NCBI GenBank assembly: GCA_964016885.1
Contig: OZ024742.1
Coordinates: 317,626,001-317,690,000 of the forward strand
DNA length: 64,000 nt
Reading direction: 5' to 3'
Origin: Eledone cirrhosa
Taxonomy: Eukaryota
Numbering within the stretch: position 1 is the first letter of the stretch; each line of letters opens with the position of its first letter. Below, piece after piece: positions 13,401 to 28,400 of this stretch. A model generated the notes under the pieces. It made no database searches. It saw only the letters and a list, made by a program, of their open reading frames with translations, and was not told the origin of the DNA. The translations under genes and the position numbers were made by a program.

Positions 13401-16400
13401 TGTTGTTGTTACTGTTGTTGTTACTGTTGTTGTTACTGTTGTTGTTACTGTTGTTGTTACTGTTGTTGTTACTGTTGTTACTGTTGTTGTTACTGTTGTT
13501 TCTGTTGTTGTTACTGTTGTTGTTACTGTTGTTGTTACTGTTGTTACTTCTGTTGTTACTGTTGTTGTTACTGTTGTTGTTACTGTTGTTGTTACTGTTG
13601 TTGTTACTGTTGTTGTTACTGTTGTTGTTACTGTTGTTGTTACTGTTGTTGTTACTGTTGTTTCTGTTGTTGTTACTGTTGTTGTTACTGTTGTTGTTAC
13701 TGTTGTTACTGTTGTTACTGTTGTTGTTACTGATGTTGTTACTGTTGTTGTTACTGTTGTTGTTACTGTTGTTGTTACTGTTGTTGTTACTGTTGTTGTT
13801 ACTGTTGTTACTGTTGTTGTTACTGTTGTTATTGTTGTTACTGTTGTTACTGTTGTTACTGTTGTTGTTACTGTTCTTGTTACTGTTCTTGTTACTGTTG
13901 TTACTGTTGTTGTTACTGTTGTTGTTACTGTTGTTGTTACTGTTGTTACTGTTGTTACGGTTGTTGTTACTGTTGTTACTGTTGTTACTGTTGTTACTGT
14001 TGTTGTTACTGTTGTTACTGTTGTTGTTACTGTTGTTGTTACTGTTGTTGTTACTGTTGTTGTTACTGTTGTTACTGTTGTTGTTACTGTTGTTACTGTT
14101 GTTACTGTTGTTGTTACTGTTGTTACTTTTGTTACTGTTGTTGTTACTGTTGTTGTTACTGTTGTTGTTACTGTTGTTGTTACTGTTGTTGTTACTGTTG
14201 TTACTGTTGTTGTTACTGTTGTTGTTACTGTTGTTACTGTTGTTGTTACTGTTGTTACTGTTGTAGTTACTGTTGTTGTTACTGTTGTTACTGTTGTTGT
14301 TACTGTTGTTACTGTTGTTACTGTTGTTGTTACTGTTGTTACTGATGTTACTGTTGTTACTGTTGTTACTGTTGTTGTTACTGTTGTTACTGTTGTTGTT
14401 ACTGTTGTTACTGTTGTTACTGTTGTTGTTATTGTTGTTACTGTTGTTGTTACTGTTGTTACTGTTGTTGTTACTGTTGTTACTGTTGTTACTGTTGTTA
14501 CTGTTGTTACTGTTCGTGTTACTGTTGCTACTGTTATTGTTACTGTTGTTACTCTTGTTATTACTGTTGTTACTGTTGTTGTTACTGTTGTTACTGTTGT
14601 TACTGTTGTTACTGTTGTTGTTACATTTGTTGTTACAGTTGTTGTTACTGTTGTTACTGTTGTTGTTACTGTTGTTGTTACTGTTGTTGTTACTGTTCTT
14701 ACTGTTGTTGTTACTGTTGTTACTGTTGTTGTTACTGTTCTTACTGTTGTTGTTACTGTTGTTACTGTTGTTGTTACTGTTGTTGTTACTGTTGTTGTTA
14801 CTGTTGTTTCTGTTATTGTTACGGTTGTTGTTACTGTTGTTACTGTTGTTGTTACTATTGTTACTGTTGTTGTTACTGTTATTGTTACTGTTGTTACTGT
14901 TGTTGTTACTGTTGTTGTTACTGTTGTTTCTGTTGTTGTTACTGTTGTTGTTACTGTTGTTGTTACTGTTGTTGTTACTGTTGTTGTTGTTACTGTTGTT
15001 GTTACTGTTGTTACTGTTGTTACTGTTGTTGTTACTGTTGTTGTTACTGTTGTTGTTACTGTTGTTGTTACTGTTGTTGTTACTATTGTTACTGTTGTTG
15101 TTACTGTTGTTAATGTTGTTGTTACTGTTCTTACTGTTCTTACTGTTGTTACTGTTGTTGTTACTGTTGTTACTGTTGTTGTTACTGTTGTTGTTACTGT
15201 TGTTGTTACAGTTGTTACTGTTGTTGTTACTGTTGTTGTTACTGTTGTTGTTACTGTTGTTGTTACTGTTGTTACTGTTGTTGTTACTGTTGTTGTTACT
15301 GTTGTTGTTACTGTTGTTGTTACTGTTATCGTTACTGTTGTTGTTACTGTTGTTGTTACTGTTGTTACTGTTGTTACTGTTGTTGTTACTGTTGTTACTG
15401 TTGTTGTTACTGTTGTTGTTACTGTTGTTACTGTTGTTACTGTTGTTGTTACTGTTGTTACTGATGTTACTGTTGTTACTGTTGTTACTGTTGTTGTTAC
15501 TGTTGTTACTGTTGTTGTTACTGTTGTTGTTACTGTTGTTGTTACTGTTATCGTTACTGTTGTTGTTACTGTTGTTGTTACTGTTGTTACTGTTGTTACT
15601 GTTGTAGTTACTGTTGTTGTTACTGTTGTTACTGTTGTTGTTACTGTTGTTACTGTTGTTACTGTTGTTGTTACTGTTGTTGTTACTGTTGTTACTGTTG
15701 TTACTGTTGTTGTTATTGTTGTTACTGTTGTTGTTACTGTTGTTACTGTTGTTGTTACTGTTGTTACTGTTGTTACTGTTGTTACTGTTCGTGTTACTGT
15801 TGCTACTGTTATTGTTACTGTTGTTACTCTTGTTATTACTGTTGTTACTGTTGTTGTTACTGTTGTTACTGTTGTTACTGTTGTTACTGTTGTTGTTACA
15901 TTTGTTGTTACAGTTGTTGTTACTGTTGTTACTGTTGTTACTGTTCGTGTTACTGTTGCTACTGTTGTTGTTACTGTTGTTACAGTTGTTGTTATTGTTG
16001 TTGTTACATTTGTTGTTACAGTTATTGTTACTGTTGTTACTGTTGTTACTGTTGTTACTGTTCGTGTTAGTGCGGTTACTGTTGTTGTTACTGTTGTTAT
16101 TACTGTTGTTACTGTTGTTGTTACTGTTGTTACTGTTGTTGTTACTGTTGTTGTTACATTTGTTGTTACTGTTGTTGTTACTGTTGTTACTGTTGTTATT
16201 ACTGTTGTTACTGTTGTTGTTACATTTGTTGTTACAGTTGTTGTTACTGTTGTTACTGTTGTTACTGTTGTTGTTACTGTTGTTGTTACATTTGTTGTTA
16301 CTGTTGTTGTTACTGTTGTTACTGTTGTTGTTACTGTTGTTACTGTTGTTGTTACATTTGTTGTTACAGTTGTTGTTACTGTTGTTACTGTTGTTACTGT

Positions 16401-19400
16401 TGTTGTTACTGTTGTTACTGTTGTTACTGTTGTTGTTACTGTTGTTATTACTGTTGTTACTGTTGTTGTTACTGTTGTTACTGTTATTGTTACTGTTGTT
16501 ACTGTTGTTGTTACATTTGTGGTTACAGTTGTTGTTACTGTTGTTACTGTTGTTGTTACTGTTGTTACTGTTGTTAGTGTTGTTGTTACTGTTGTTACTG
16601 TTGTTGTTACAGTTGTTACTGTTGTTACTGTTGTTACTGTTGTTACTGTTGTTGTCACTGTTGTTGTTACTGTTGTTACTGTTGTTACTGTTGTTACTGT
16701 TGTTGTTACTGTTGTTGTTACTGTTGTTACTGTTGTTGTTACTCTTTGTTACTGTTGTTGTTACTGTTGTTACTGTTGCTGTTACTGTTGTTACTGCTGT
16801 TGTTACTCTTGTTACTGTTGTTGTTACTGTTGTTGTTACTGTTGTTGTTACTGTTGTCACTGTTGTTGTTACACTTGTTACTGTTGTTGTTACTGTTGTT
16901 GTTACTGTTGTTGTTACTGTTGTTGTTACTGTTGTTACTGTTGTTGTTACTGTTGTTACTGTTGTTACTGTTGTTGTTACTGTTGTTACTGTTGTTACTG
17001 TTTTTGTTACTGTTGTTAATGTTGTTGTTACTGTTGTTACTGTTGTTGCTGTTGTTGTTACTGTTGTTACTGTTGTTGTTACTGTTGTTGTTACTGTTGT
17101 TACTGTTGTCGTTACTGTTGTTACTGTTGTTACTGTTGTTGTTACTGTTGTTACTGTTGTTATTGTTGTTGTTACTGTTGTTGTTACTGTTGTTGTTACT
17201 GTTGTTACTGTTGTTGTTACTTTTGTTGTTACTGTCGTTTCTGTTGTTACTGTTGTTGTTACTGTTGTTACTGTTGTTATTGTTGTTGTTACTGTTGTTA
17301 CTGTTGTTAATCTTGTTACTGTTGTTAATCTTGTTACTGTTGTTGTTACTGTTGTTACTGTTGTTATTGTTGTTGTTGTTACTGTTGTTACTGTTGTTAC
17401 TGTTGTTAATGTTGTTACTGTTGTTGTTATTGTTGTTACTGTTGTTGTTGTTGTTACTGTTGTTGTTGTTGTTACTGTTGTTACTATTGTTACTGTTGTT
17501 ACTGTTGTTATTGTTGTTGTTACTGTTGTTACTGTTGTTACTGTTGTTACTGTTGTTGTTACTGTTGTTGTTGTTGTTACTGTTGTTACTGTCATTGTTG
17601 TTGTTGTTACTGTTGTTGTTGTTGTTACTGTTGTTACTGTTGTTATTGTTGTTGTTACTGTTGTTACTGTTGTTAATGTTGTTACTGTTGTTGTTACTGT
17701 TGTTGTTACTGTTGTTACTGTTGTTGTTGTTCTTACTGTTGTTGTTGTTCTTACTGTTGTTACTGTTGTTACTGTTGTTACTGTTGTTGTTACTGTTGTT
17801 GTTACTGTTGTTACTGTTGTTACTGTTGTTGTTACTGTTGTTGTTACTGTTGTTACTGTTCTTACTGTTCTTACTGTTGTTGTTACTGTTGTTGTTACTG
17901 TTGTTACTATTGTTACTGTTGTTGTTACTGTTGTTACTGTTGTTACTGTTGTTGTTACTGTTGTTGTTACTGTTGTTGTTTCTGTTGTTGTTACTGTTGT
18001 TACTGTTGTTACGGTTGTTGTTACTGTTGTTACTGTTGTTACTGTTGTTGTTACTGTTGTTGTTACTGTTGTTACTATTGTTACTGTTGTTGTTACTGTT
18101 GTTACTGTTGTTACTGTTGTTGTTACTGTTGTTACTGTTGTTGTTACTGTTGTTGTTACTGTTGTTGTTACTGTTGTTGTTACTGTTGTTACTGTTGTTA
18201 CTGTTGTTACTGTTGTTGTTACTGTTGTTGTTACTGTTGTTACTGTTGTTACTGTTCTTACTGTTGTTGTTACTGTTGTTGTTACTGGTGTTACTATTGT
18301 TACGGTTGTTGTTACTGTTGTTACTGTTGTTACTGTTGTTGTTACTGTTGTTGTTACAGTTGTTGTTACTGTTGTTGTTACTGTTGTTGTTACTGTTGTT
18401 ACTGTTGTTGTTACAGTTGTTGTTACTGTTGTTGTTACTGTTGTTGTTACTGTTGTTGTTACAGTTGGTGTTACTGTTGTTGTTACTGTTGTTACTTCTG
18501 TTGTTACTGTTGTTACTGTTGTTGTTACTGTTGTTGTTACTGTTGTTGTTACTGTTGTTGTTACTGTTGTTGTTACTGTTGTTGTTACTGTTGTTACTGT
18601 TGTTGTTACTGTTTTTGTTGCTGTTATTGTTACTGTTGTTGTTACTGTTGTTTCTGTTGTTGTTACTGTTGTTGTTACTGTTGTTGTTACTGTTGTTACT
18701 GTTGTTACTGTTGTTGTTACTGATGTTGTTACTGTTGTTGTTACTGTTGTTGTTACTGTTGTTGTTACTGTTGTTGTTACTGTTGTTACTGTTGTTGTTA
18801 CTGTTGTTACTGTTGTTACTGTCGTTGTTACTGTTGTTACTGTTGTTACTGTTGTCGTTACTGTTCTTGTTACTGTTCTTGTTACTGTTGTTACTGTTGT
18901 TGTTACTGTTGTTGTTACTGTTGTTGTTACTGTTGTTGTTACTGTTGTTGTTACTGTTGTTACTGTTGTTGTTATAGTTGTTACTGTTGTTGTTACTGTT
19001 GTTACCGTTATTACTGTTGTTGTTACTGTTGTTACTGTTGTTGTTACTGTTGTTGTTACTGTTGTTGTTACAGTTGTTTCTGTTGTTGTTACTGTTGTTG
19101 TTACTGTTGTTACTGTTGTTGTTACTGTTGTTACTGTTGCTGTTACTGTTGTTGTTACTGTTGTTGTTACTGTTGTTTCTGTTATTGTTACGGTTGTTGT
19201 TACTGTTGTTACTGTTGTTGTTACTATTGTTACTGTTGTTGTTACTGTTATTGTTACTGTTGTTACTGTTGTTGTTACTGTTGTTGTTACTGTTGTTGTT
19301 ACTGTTGTTTCTGTTGTTGTTACTGTTGTTGTTACTGTTGTTACTGTTGTTGTTACAGTTGTTGTTACTGTTGTTGTTACTGTTGTTACTGCTGTTGTTA

Positions 19401-22400
19401 CTGTTGTTACTGTTGTTGTTACTGTTGTTGTTACTGTTGTTGTTACTGTTGTTGTTACTGTTGTTGTTACTGTTGTTGTTACTGTTGTTACTGTTGTTGT
19501 TACTGTTGTTGTTACAGTTGTTGTTACTGTTGTTGTTACTGTTGTTACTGTTGTTGTTACAGTTGTTGTTACTGTTGTTGTTACTGTTGTTGTTACTGTT
19601 GTTGTTACAGTTGGTGTTACTGTTGTTGTTACTGTTGTTACTTCTGTTGTTACTGTTGTTACTGTTGTTGTTACTGTTGTTGTTACTGTTGTTGTTACTG
19701 TTGTTGTTACTGTTGTTGTTACTGTTGTTGTTACTGTTGTTACTGTTGTTGTTACTGTTTTTGTTACTGTTGTTGTTACTGTTGTTGTTACTGTTGTTTC
19801 TGTTGTTGTTACTGTTGTTGTTACTGTTGTTGTTACTGTTGTTACTGTTGTTGTTACTGATGTTGTTACTGTTGTTGTTACTGTTGTTGTTACTGTTGTT
19901 GTTACTGTTGTTGTTACTGTTGTTACTGTTGTTGTTACTGTTGTTACTGTTGTTACCGTTGTTACTGTTGTTGTTACTGTTGTTACTGTTGTTGTTACTG
20001 TTGTTGTTACAGTTGTTGTTACTGTTGTTTCTGTTGTTGTTACTGTTGTTGTTACTGTTGTTACTGTTGTTGTTACTGTTGTTACTGTTGTTGTTACTGT
20101 TGTTACTGTTGTTGTTACTGTTGTTGTTACTGTTGTTGTTACTGTTGTTGTTACTGTTGTTTCTGTTATTGTTACGGTTGTTGTTACTGTTGTTACTGTT
20201 GTTGTTACTATTGTTACTGTTGTTGTTATTGTTATTGTTACTGTTGTTACTGTTGTTGTTACTGTTGTTGTTACTGTTGTTTCTGTTGTTGTTACTGTTG
20301 TTGTTACTGTTGTTGTTACTGTTGTTGTTACTGTTGTTGTTACTGTTGTTTCTGTTGTTGTTACTGTTGTTGTTAGTGTTGTTGTTACTGTTGTTGTTAC
20401 TGTTGTTGTTACTGTTGTTTCTGTTGTTGCTACTGTTGTTGTTACTGTTGTTGTTGTTACTGTTGTTGTTACTGTTGTTACTGTTGTTACTGTTGTTGTT
20501 ACTGATGTTGTTACTGTTGTTGTTACTGTTGTTAATGTTGTTGTTACTGTTGTTGTTACTGTTGTTGTTACTGTTGTTGTTACTGTTGTTTCTGTTGTTG
20601 TTACTGTTGTTGTTACTGTTGTTACTGTTGTTGTTACAGTTGTTGTTACTGTTGTTGTTACTGTTGTTACTGCTGTTGTTACTGTTGTTACTGTTGTTGT
20701 TACTGTTGTTGTTACTGTTGTTGTTACTGTTGTTACTGTTGTTGTTACTGTTGTTGTTACAGTTGTTGTTACTGTTGTTCTTACTGTTGTTACTGTTGTT
20801 GTTACAGTTGTTGTTACTGTTGTTGACACTGTTGTTGTTACTGTTGTTGTTACAGTTGGTGTTACTGTTGTTGTTACTGTTGTTACTTCTGTTGTTACTG
20901 TTGTTAGTGTTGTTGTTACTGTTGTTGTTACTGTTGTTGTTACTGTTGTTGTTACTGTTGTTGTTACTGTTGTTGTTACTGTTGTTGTTACTGTTGTTGT
21001 TACTGTTGTTTCTGTTGTTGTTACTGTTGTTGTTACTGTTGTTGTTACTGTTGTTACTGTTGTTACTGTTGTTGTTACTGATGTTGTTACTGTTGTTGTT
21101 ACTGTTGTTGTTACTGTTGTTGTTACTGTTGTTGTTACTGTTGTTGTTACTGTTGTTACTGTTGTTGTTACTGTTGTTATTGTTGTTACTGTTGTTACTG
21201 TTGTTACTGTTGTTGTTACTGTTCTTGTTACTGTTCTTGTTACTGTTGTTACTGTTGTTGTTACTGTTGTTGTTACTGTTGTTGTTACTGTTGTTACTGT
21301 TGTTACGGTTGTTGTTACTGTTGTTACTGTTGTTACTGTTGTTACTGTTGTTGTTACTGTTGTTACTGTTGTTGTTACTGTTGTTGTTACTGTTGTTGTT
21401 ACTGTTGTTGTTACTGTTGTTACTGTTGTTGTTACTGTTGTTACTGTTGTTACTGTTGTTGTTACTGTTGTTACTTTTGTTACTGTTGTTGTTACTGTTG
21501 TTGTTACTGTTGTTGTTACTGTTGTTGTTACTGTTGTTGTTACTGTTGTTACTGTTGTTGTTACTGTTGTTGTTACTGTTGTTACTGTTGTTGTTACTGT
21601 TGTTACTGTTGTTACTGTTGTTGTTACTGTTGTTACTGTTGTTACTGTTGTTGTTACTGTTGTTACTGTTGTTGTTACTGTTGTTACTGTTGTTGCTGTT
21701 GTTGTTACTGTTGTTACTGTTGTTGTTACTGTTGTTGTTACTGTTGTTACTGTTGTCGTTACTGTTGTTACTGTTGTTACTGTTGTTGTTACTGTTGTTA
21801 CTGTTGTTATTGTTGTTGTTACTGCTGTTGTTACTGTTGTTGTTACTGTTGTTACTGTTGTTGTTACTTTTGTTGTTACTGTCGTTTCTGTTGTTACTGT
21901 TGTTGTTACTGTTGTTACTGTTGTTATTGTTGTTGTTACTGTTGTTACTGTTGTTAATCTTGTTACTGTTGTTGTTACTGTTGTTACTGTTGTTATTGTT
22001 GTTGTTGTTACTGTTGTTGTTGTTGTTACTGTTGTTACTGTTGTTATTGTTGTTGTTACTGTTGTTACTGTTGTTAATGTTGTTACTGTTGTTGTTACTG
22101 TTGTTGTTACTGTTGTTACTGTTGTTGTTGTTCTTACTGTTGTTGTTGTTCTTACTGTTGTTACTGTTGTTACTGTTGTTACTGTTGTTGTTACTGTTGT
22201 TGTTACTGTTGTTACTGTTGTTACTGTTGTTGTTACTGTTGTTGTTACTGTTGTTACTGTTCTTACTGTTCTTACTGTTGTTGTTACTGTTGTTGTTACT
22301 GTTGTTACTATTGTTACTGTTGTTGTTACTGTTGTTACTGTTGTTACTGTTGTTGTTACTGTTGTTGTTACTGTTGTTGTTTCTGTTGTTGTTACTGTTG

Positions 22401-25400
22401 TTACTGTTGTTACGGTTGTTGTTACTGTTGTTACTGTTGTTACTGTTGTTGTTACTGTTGTTGTTACTGTTGTTACTATTGTTACTGTTGTTGTTACTGT
22501 TGTTACTGTTGTTACTGTTGTTGTTACTGTTGTTGTTACTGGTGTTACTATTGTTACGGTTGTTGTTACTGTTGTTCCTGTTGTTACTGTTGTTGTTACT
22601 GTTGTTGTTACAGTTGTTGTTACTGTTATTGTTACTGTTGTTACTGTTGTTGTTACAGTTGTTGTTACTGTTGTTGTTACTGTTGTTGTTACTGTTGTTG
22701 TTACAGTTGGTGTTACTGTTGTTGTTACTGTTGTTACTTCTGTTGTTACTGTTGTTACTGTTGTTGTTACTGTTGTTGTTACTGTTGTTGTTACTGTTGT
22801 TGTTACTGTTGTTGTTACTGTTGTTGTTACTGTTGTTGTTACTGTTGTTACTGTTGTTGTTACTGTTTTTGTTGCTGTTGTTGTTACTGTTGTTGTTACT
22901 GTTGTTTCTGTTGTTGTTACTGTTGTTGTTACTGTTGTTGTTACTGTTGTTACTGTTGTTACTGTTGTTGTTACTGATGTTGTTACTGTTTTTGTTACTG
23001 TTGTTGTTACTGTTGTTGTTACTGTTGTTGTTACTGTTGTTACTGTTGTTGTTACTGTTGTTACTGTTGTTACTGTCGTTGTTACTGTTGTTACTGTTGT
23101 TACTGTTGTCGTTACTGTTCTTGTTACTGTTCTTGTTACTGTTGTTACTGTTGTTGTTACTGTTGTTGTTACTGTTGTTGTTACTGTTGTTGTTACTGTT
23201 GTTGTTACTGTTGTTACTGTTGTTGTTATAGTTGTTACTGTTGTTGTTACTGTTGTTACCGTTATTACTGTTGTTGTTACTGTTGTTACTGTTGTTGTTA
23301 CTGTTGTTGTTACTGTTGTTGTTACAGTTGTTTCTGTTGTTGTTACTGTTGTTGTTACTGTTGTTACTGTTGTTGTTACTGTTGTTACTGTTGCTGTTAC
23401 TGTTGTTGTTACTGTTGTTGTTACTGTTGTTTCTGTTATTGTTACGGTTGTTGTTACTGTTGTTACTGTTGTTGTTACTGTTGTTACTGTTGTTACTGTT
23501 GTTGTTACTGATGTTGTTACTGTTGTTGTTACTGTTGTTAATGTTGTTGTTACTGTTGTTGTTACTGTTGTTGTTACTGTTGTTGTTACTGTTGTTTCTG
23601 TTGTTGTTACTGTTGTTGTTACTGTTGTTACTGTTGTTGTTACAGTTGTTGTTACTGTTGTTGTTACTGTTGTTACTGCTGTTGTTACTGTTGTTACTGT
23701 TGTTGTTACTGTTGTTGTTACTGTTGTTGTTACTGTTGTTACTGTTGTTGTTACTGTTGTTGTTACAGTTGTTGTTACTGTTGTTGTTACTGTTGTTACT
23801 GTTGTTGTTACAGTTGTTGTTACTGTTGTTGACACTGTTGTTGTTACTGTTGTTGTTACAGTTGGTGTTACTGTTGTTGTTACTGTTGTTACTTCTGTTG
23901 TTACTGTTGTTACTGTTGTTGTTACTGTTGTTGTTACTGTTGTTGTTACTGTTGTTGTTACTGTTGTTGTTACTGTTGTTGTTACTGTTGTTGTTACTGT
24001 TGTTACTGTTGTTGTTACTGTTGTTTCTGTTGTTGTTACTGTTGTTGTTACTGTTGTTGTTACTGTTGTTACTTCTGTTGTTACTGTTGTTACTGTTGTT
24101 GTTACTGTTGTTGTTACTGTTGTTGTTACTGTTGTTGTTACTGTTGTTGTTACTGTTGTTGTTACTGTTGTTGTTACTGTTGTTGTTACTGTTGTTGTTA
24201 CTGTTGTTTCTGTTGTTGTTACTGTTGTTGTTACTGTTGTTGTTACTGTTGTTACTGTTGTTACTGTTGTTGTTACTGATGTTGTTACTGTTGTTGTTAC
24301 TGTTGTTGTTACTGTTGTTGTTACTGTTGTTGTTACTGTTGTTGTTACTGTTGTTACTGTTGTTGTTACTGTTGTTATTGTTGTTACTGTTGTTACTGTT
24401 GTTACTGTTGTTGTTACTGTTCTTGTTACTGTTCTTGTTACTGTTGTTACTGTTGTTGTTACTGTTGTTGTTACTGTTGTTGTTACTGTTGTTACTGTTG
24501 TTACGGTTGTTGTTACTGTTGTTACTGTTGTTACTGTTGTTACTGTTGTTGTTACTGTTGTTACTGTTGTTGTTACTGTTGTTGTTACTGTTGTTGTTAC
24601 TGTTGTTGTTACTGTTGTTACTGTTGTTGTTACTGTTGTTACTGTTGTTACTGTTGTTGTTACTGTTGTTACTTTTGTTACTGTTGTTGTTACTGTTGTT
24701 GTTACTGTTGTTGTTACTGTTGTTGTTACTGTTGTTGTTACTGTTGTTACTGTTGTTGTTACTGTTGTTGTTACTGTTGTTACTGTTGTTGTTACTGTTG
24801 TTACTGTTGTTACTGTTGTTGTTACTGTTGTTACTGTTGTTACTGTTGTTGTTACTGTTGTTACTGTTGTTGTTACTGTTGTTACTGTTGTTGCTGTTGT
24901 TGTTACTGTTGTTACTGTTGTTGTTACTGTTGTTGTTACTGTTGTTACTGTTGTCGTTACTGTTGTTACTGTTGTTACTGTTGTTGTTACTGTTGTTACT
25001 GTTGTTATTGTTGTTGTTACTGCTGTTGTTACTGTTGTTGTTACTGTTGTTACTGTTGTTGTTACTTTTGTTGTTACTGTCGTTTCTGTTGTTACTGTTG
25101 TTGTTACTGTTGTTACTGTTGTTATTGTTGTTGTTACTGTTGTTACTGTTGTTAATCTTGTTACTGTTGTTGTTACTGTTGTTACTGTTGTTATTGTTGT
25201 TGTTGTTACTGTTGTTGTTGTTGTTACTGTTGTTACTGTTGTTATTGTTGTTGTTACTGTTGTTACTGTTGTTAATGTTGTTACTGTTGTTGTTACTGTT
25301 GTTGTTACTGTTGTTACTGTTGTTGTTGTTCTTACTGTTGTTGTTGTTCTTACTGTTGTTACTGTTGTTACTGTTGTTACTGTTGTTGTTACTGTTGTTG

Positions 25401-28400
25401 TTACTGTTGTTACTGTTGTTACTGTTGTTGTTACTGTTGTTGTTACTGTTGTTACTGTTCTTACTGTTCTTACTGTTGTTGTTACTGTTGTTGTTACTGT
25501 TGTTACTATTGTTACTGTTGTTGTTACTGTTGTTACTGTTGTTACTGTTGTTGTTACTGTTGTTGTTACTGTTGTTGTTTCTGTTGTTGTTACTGTTGTT
25601 ACGGTTGTTGTTACTGTTGTTACTGTTGTTACTGTTGTTGTTACTGTTGTTGTTACTGTTGTTACTATTGTTACTGTTGTTGTTACTGTTGTTACTGTTG
25701 TTACTGTTGTTGTTACTGTTGTTACTGTTGTTGTTACTGTTGTTGTTACTGTTGTTGTTACTGTTGTTGTTACTGTTGTTACTGTTGTTACTGTTGTTAC
25801 TGTTGTTGTTACTGTTGTTGTTACTGTTGTTACTGTTGTTACTGTTCTTACTGTTGTTGTTACTGTTGTTGTTACTGGTGTTACTATTGTTACGGTTGTT
25901 GTTACTGTTGTTACTGTTGTTACTGTTGTTGTTACTGTTGTTGTTACAGTTGTTGTTACTGTTATTGTTACTGTTGTTACTGTTGTTGTTACAGTTGTTG
26001 TTACTGTTGTTGTTACTGTTGTTGTTACTGTTGTTGTTACAGTTGGTGTTACTGTTGTTGTTACTGTTGTTACTTCTGTTGTTACTGTTGTTACTGTTGT
26101 TGTTACTGTTGTTGTTACTGTTGTTGTTACTGTTGTTGTTACTGTTGTTGTTACTGTTGTTGTTACTGTTGTTGTTACTGTTGTTACTGTTGTTGTTACT
26201 GTTTTTGTTGCTGTTGTTGTTACTGTTGTTGTTACTGTTGTTTCTGTTGTTGTTACTGTTGTTGTTACTGTTGTTGTTACTGTTGTTACTGTTGTTACTG
26301 TTGTTGTTACTGATGTTGTTACTGTTTTTGTTACTGTTGTTGTTACTGTTGTTGTTACTGTTGTTGTTACTGTTGTTACTGTTGTTGTTACTGTTGTTAC
26401 TGTTGTTACTGTCGTTGTTACTGTTGTTACTGTTGTTACTGTTGTCGTTACTGTTCTTGTTACTGTTCTTGTTACTGTTGTTACTGTTGTTGTTACTGTT
26501 GTTGTTACTGTTGTTGTTACTGTTGTTGTTACTGTTGTTACTGTTGTTGTTATAGTTGTTACTGTTGTTGTTACTGTTGTTACCGTTATTACTGTTGTTG
26601 TTACTGTTGTTACTGTTGTTGTTACTGTTGTTGTTACTGTTGTTGTTACAGTTGTTTCTGTTGTTGTTACTGTTGTTGTTACTGTTGTTACTGTTGTTGT
26701 TACTGTTGTTACTGTTGCTGTTACTGTTGTTGTTACTGTTGTTGTTACTGTTGTTTCTGTTATTGTTACGGTTGTTGTTACTGTTGTTACTGTTGTTGTT
26801 ACTATTGTTACTGTTGTTGTTACTGTTATTGTTACTGTTGTTACTGTTGTTGTTACTGTTGTTGTTACTGTTGTTGTTACTGTTGTTTCTGTTGTTGTTA
26901 CTGTTGTTGTTACTGTTGTTACTGTTGTTGTTACAGTTGTTGTTACTGTTGTTGTTACTGTTGTTACTGCTGTTGTTACTGTTGTTACTGTTGTTGTTAC
27001 TGTTGTTGTTACTGTTGTTGTTACTGTTGTTGTTACTGTTGTTGTTACTGTTGTTACTGTTGTTGTTACTGTTGTTGTTACAGTTGTTGTTACTGTTGTT
27101 GTTACTGTTGTTACTGTTGTTGTTACAGTTGTTGTTACTGTTGTTGTTACTGTTGTTGTTACTGTTGTTGTTACAGTTGGTGTTACTGTTGTTGTTACTG
27201 TTGTTACTTCTGTTGTTACTGTTGTTACTGTTGTTGTTACTGTTGTTGTTACTGTTGTTGTTACTGTTGTTGTTACTGTTGTTGTTACTGTTGTTGTTAC
27301 TGTTGTTGTTACTGTTGTTACTGTTGTTGTTACTGTTTTTGTTACTGTTGTTGTTACTGTTGTTGTTACTGTTGTTTCTGTTGTTGTTACTGTTGTTGTT
27401 ACTGTTGTTGTTACTGTTGTTACTGTTGTTGTTACTGATGTTGTTACTGTTGTTGTTACTGTTGTTGTTACTGTTGTTGTTACTGTTGTTGTTACTGTTG
27501 TTACTGTTGTTGTTACTGTTGTTACTGTTGTTACCGTTGTTACTGTTGTTGTTACTGTTGTTACTGTTGTTGTTACTGTTGTTGTTACAGTTGTTGTTAC
27601 TGTTGTTTCTGTTGTTGTTACTGTTGTTGTTACTGTTGTTACTGTTGTTGTTACTGTTGTTACTGTTGTTGTTACTGTTGTTACTGTTGTTGTTACTGTT
27701 GTTGTTACTGTTGTTGTTACTGTTGTTTCTGTTATTGTTACGGTTGTTGTTACTGTTGTTACTGTTGTTGTTACTATTGTTACTGTTGTTGTTACTGTTA
27801 TTGTTACTGTTGTTACTGTTGTTGTTACAGTTGTTGTTACTGTTGTTTCTGTTGTTGTTACTGTTGTTGTTACTGTTGTTGTTACTGTTGTTGTTACTGT
27901 TGTTGTTACTGTTGTTTCTGTTGTTGTTACTGTTGTTGTTAGTGTTGTTGTTACTGTTGTTGTTACTGTTGTTGTTACTGTTGTTTCTGTTGTTGCTACT
28001 GTTGTTGTTACTGTTGTTGTTGTTACTGTTGTTGTTACTGTTGTTACTGTTGTTACTGTTGTTGTTACTGTTGTTGTTACTGTTGTTGTTACTGTTGTTA
28101 ATGTTGTTGTTACTGTTGTTGTTACTGTTGTTGTTACTGTTGTTGTTACTGTTGTTTCTGTTGTTGTTACTGTTGTTGTTACTGTTGTTACTGTTGTTGT
28201 TACAGTTGTTGTTACTGTTGTTGTTACTGTTGTTACTGCTGTTGTTACTGTTGTTACTGTTGTTGTTACTGTTGTTGTTACTGTTGTTGTTACTGTTGTT
28301 ACTGTTGTTGTTACTGTTGTTGTTACAGTTGTTGTTACTGTTGTTGTTACTGTTGTTACTGTTGTTGTTACAGTTGTTGTTACTGTTGTTGACACTGTTG

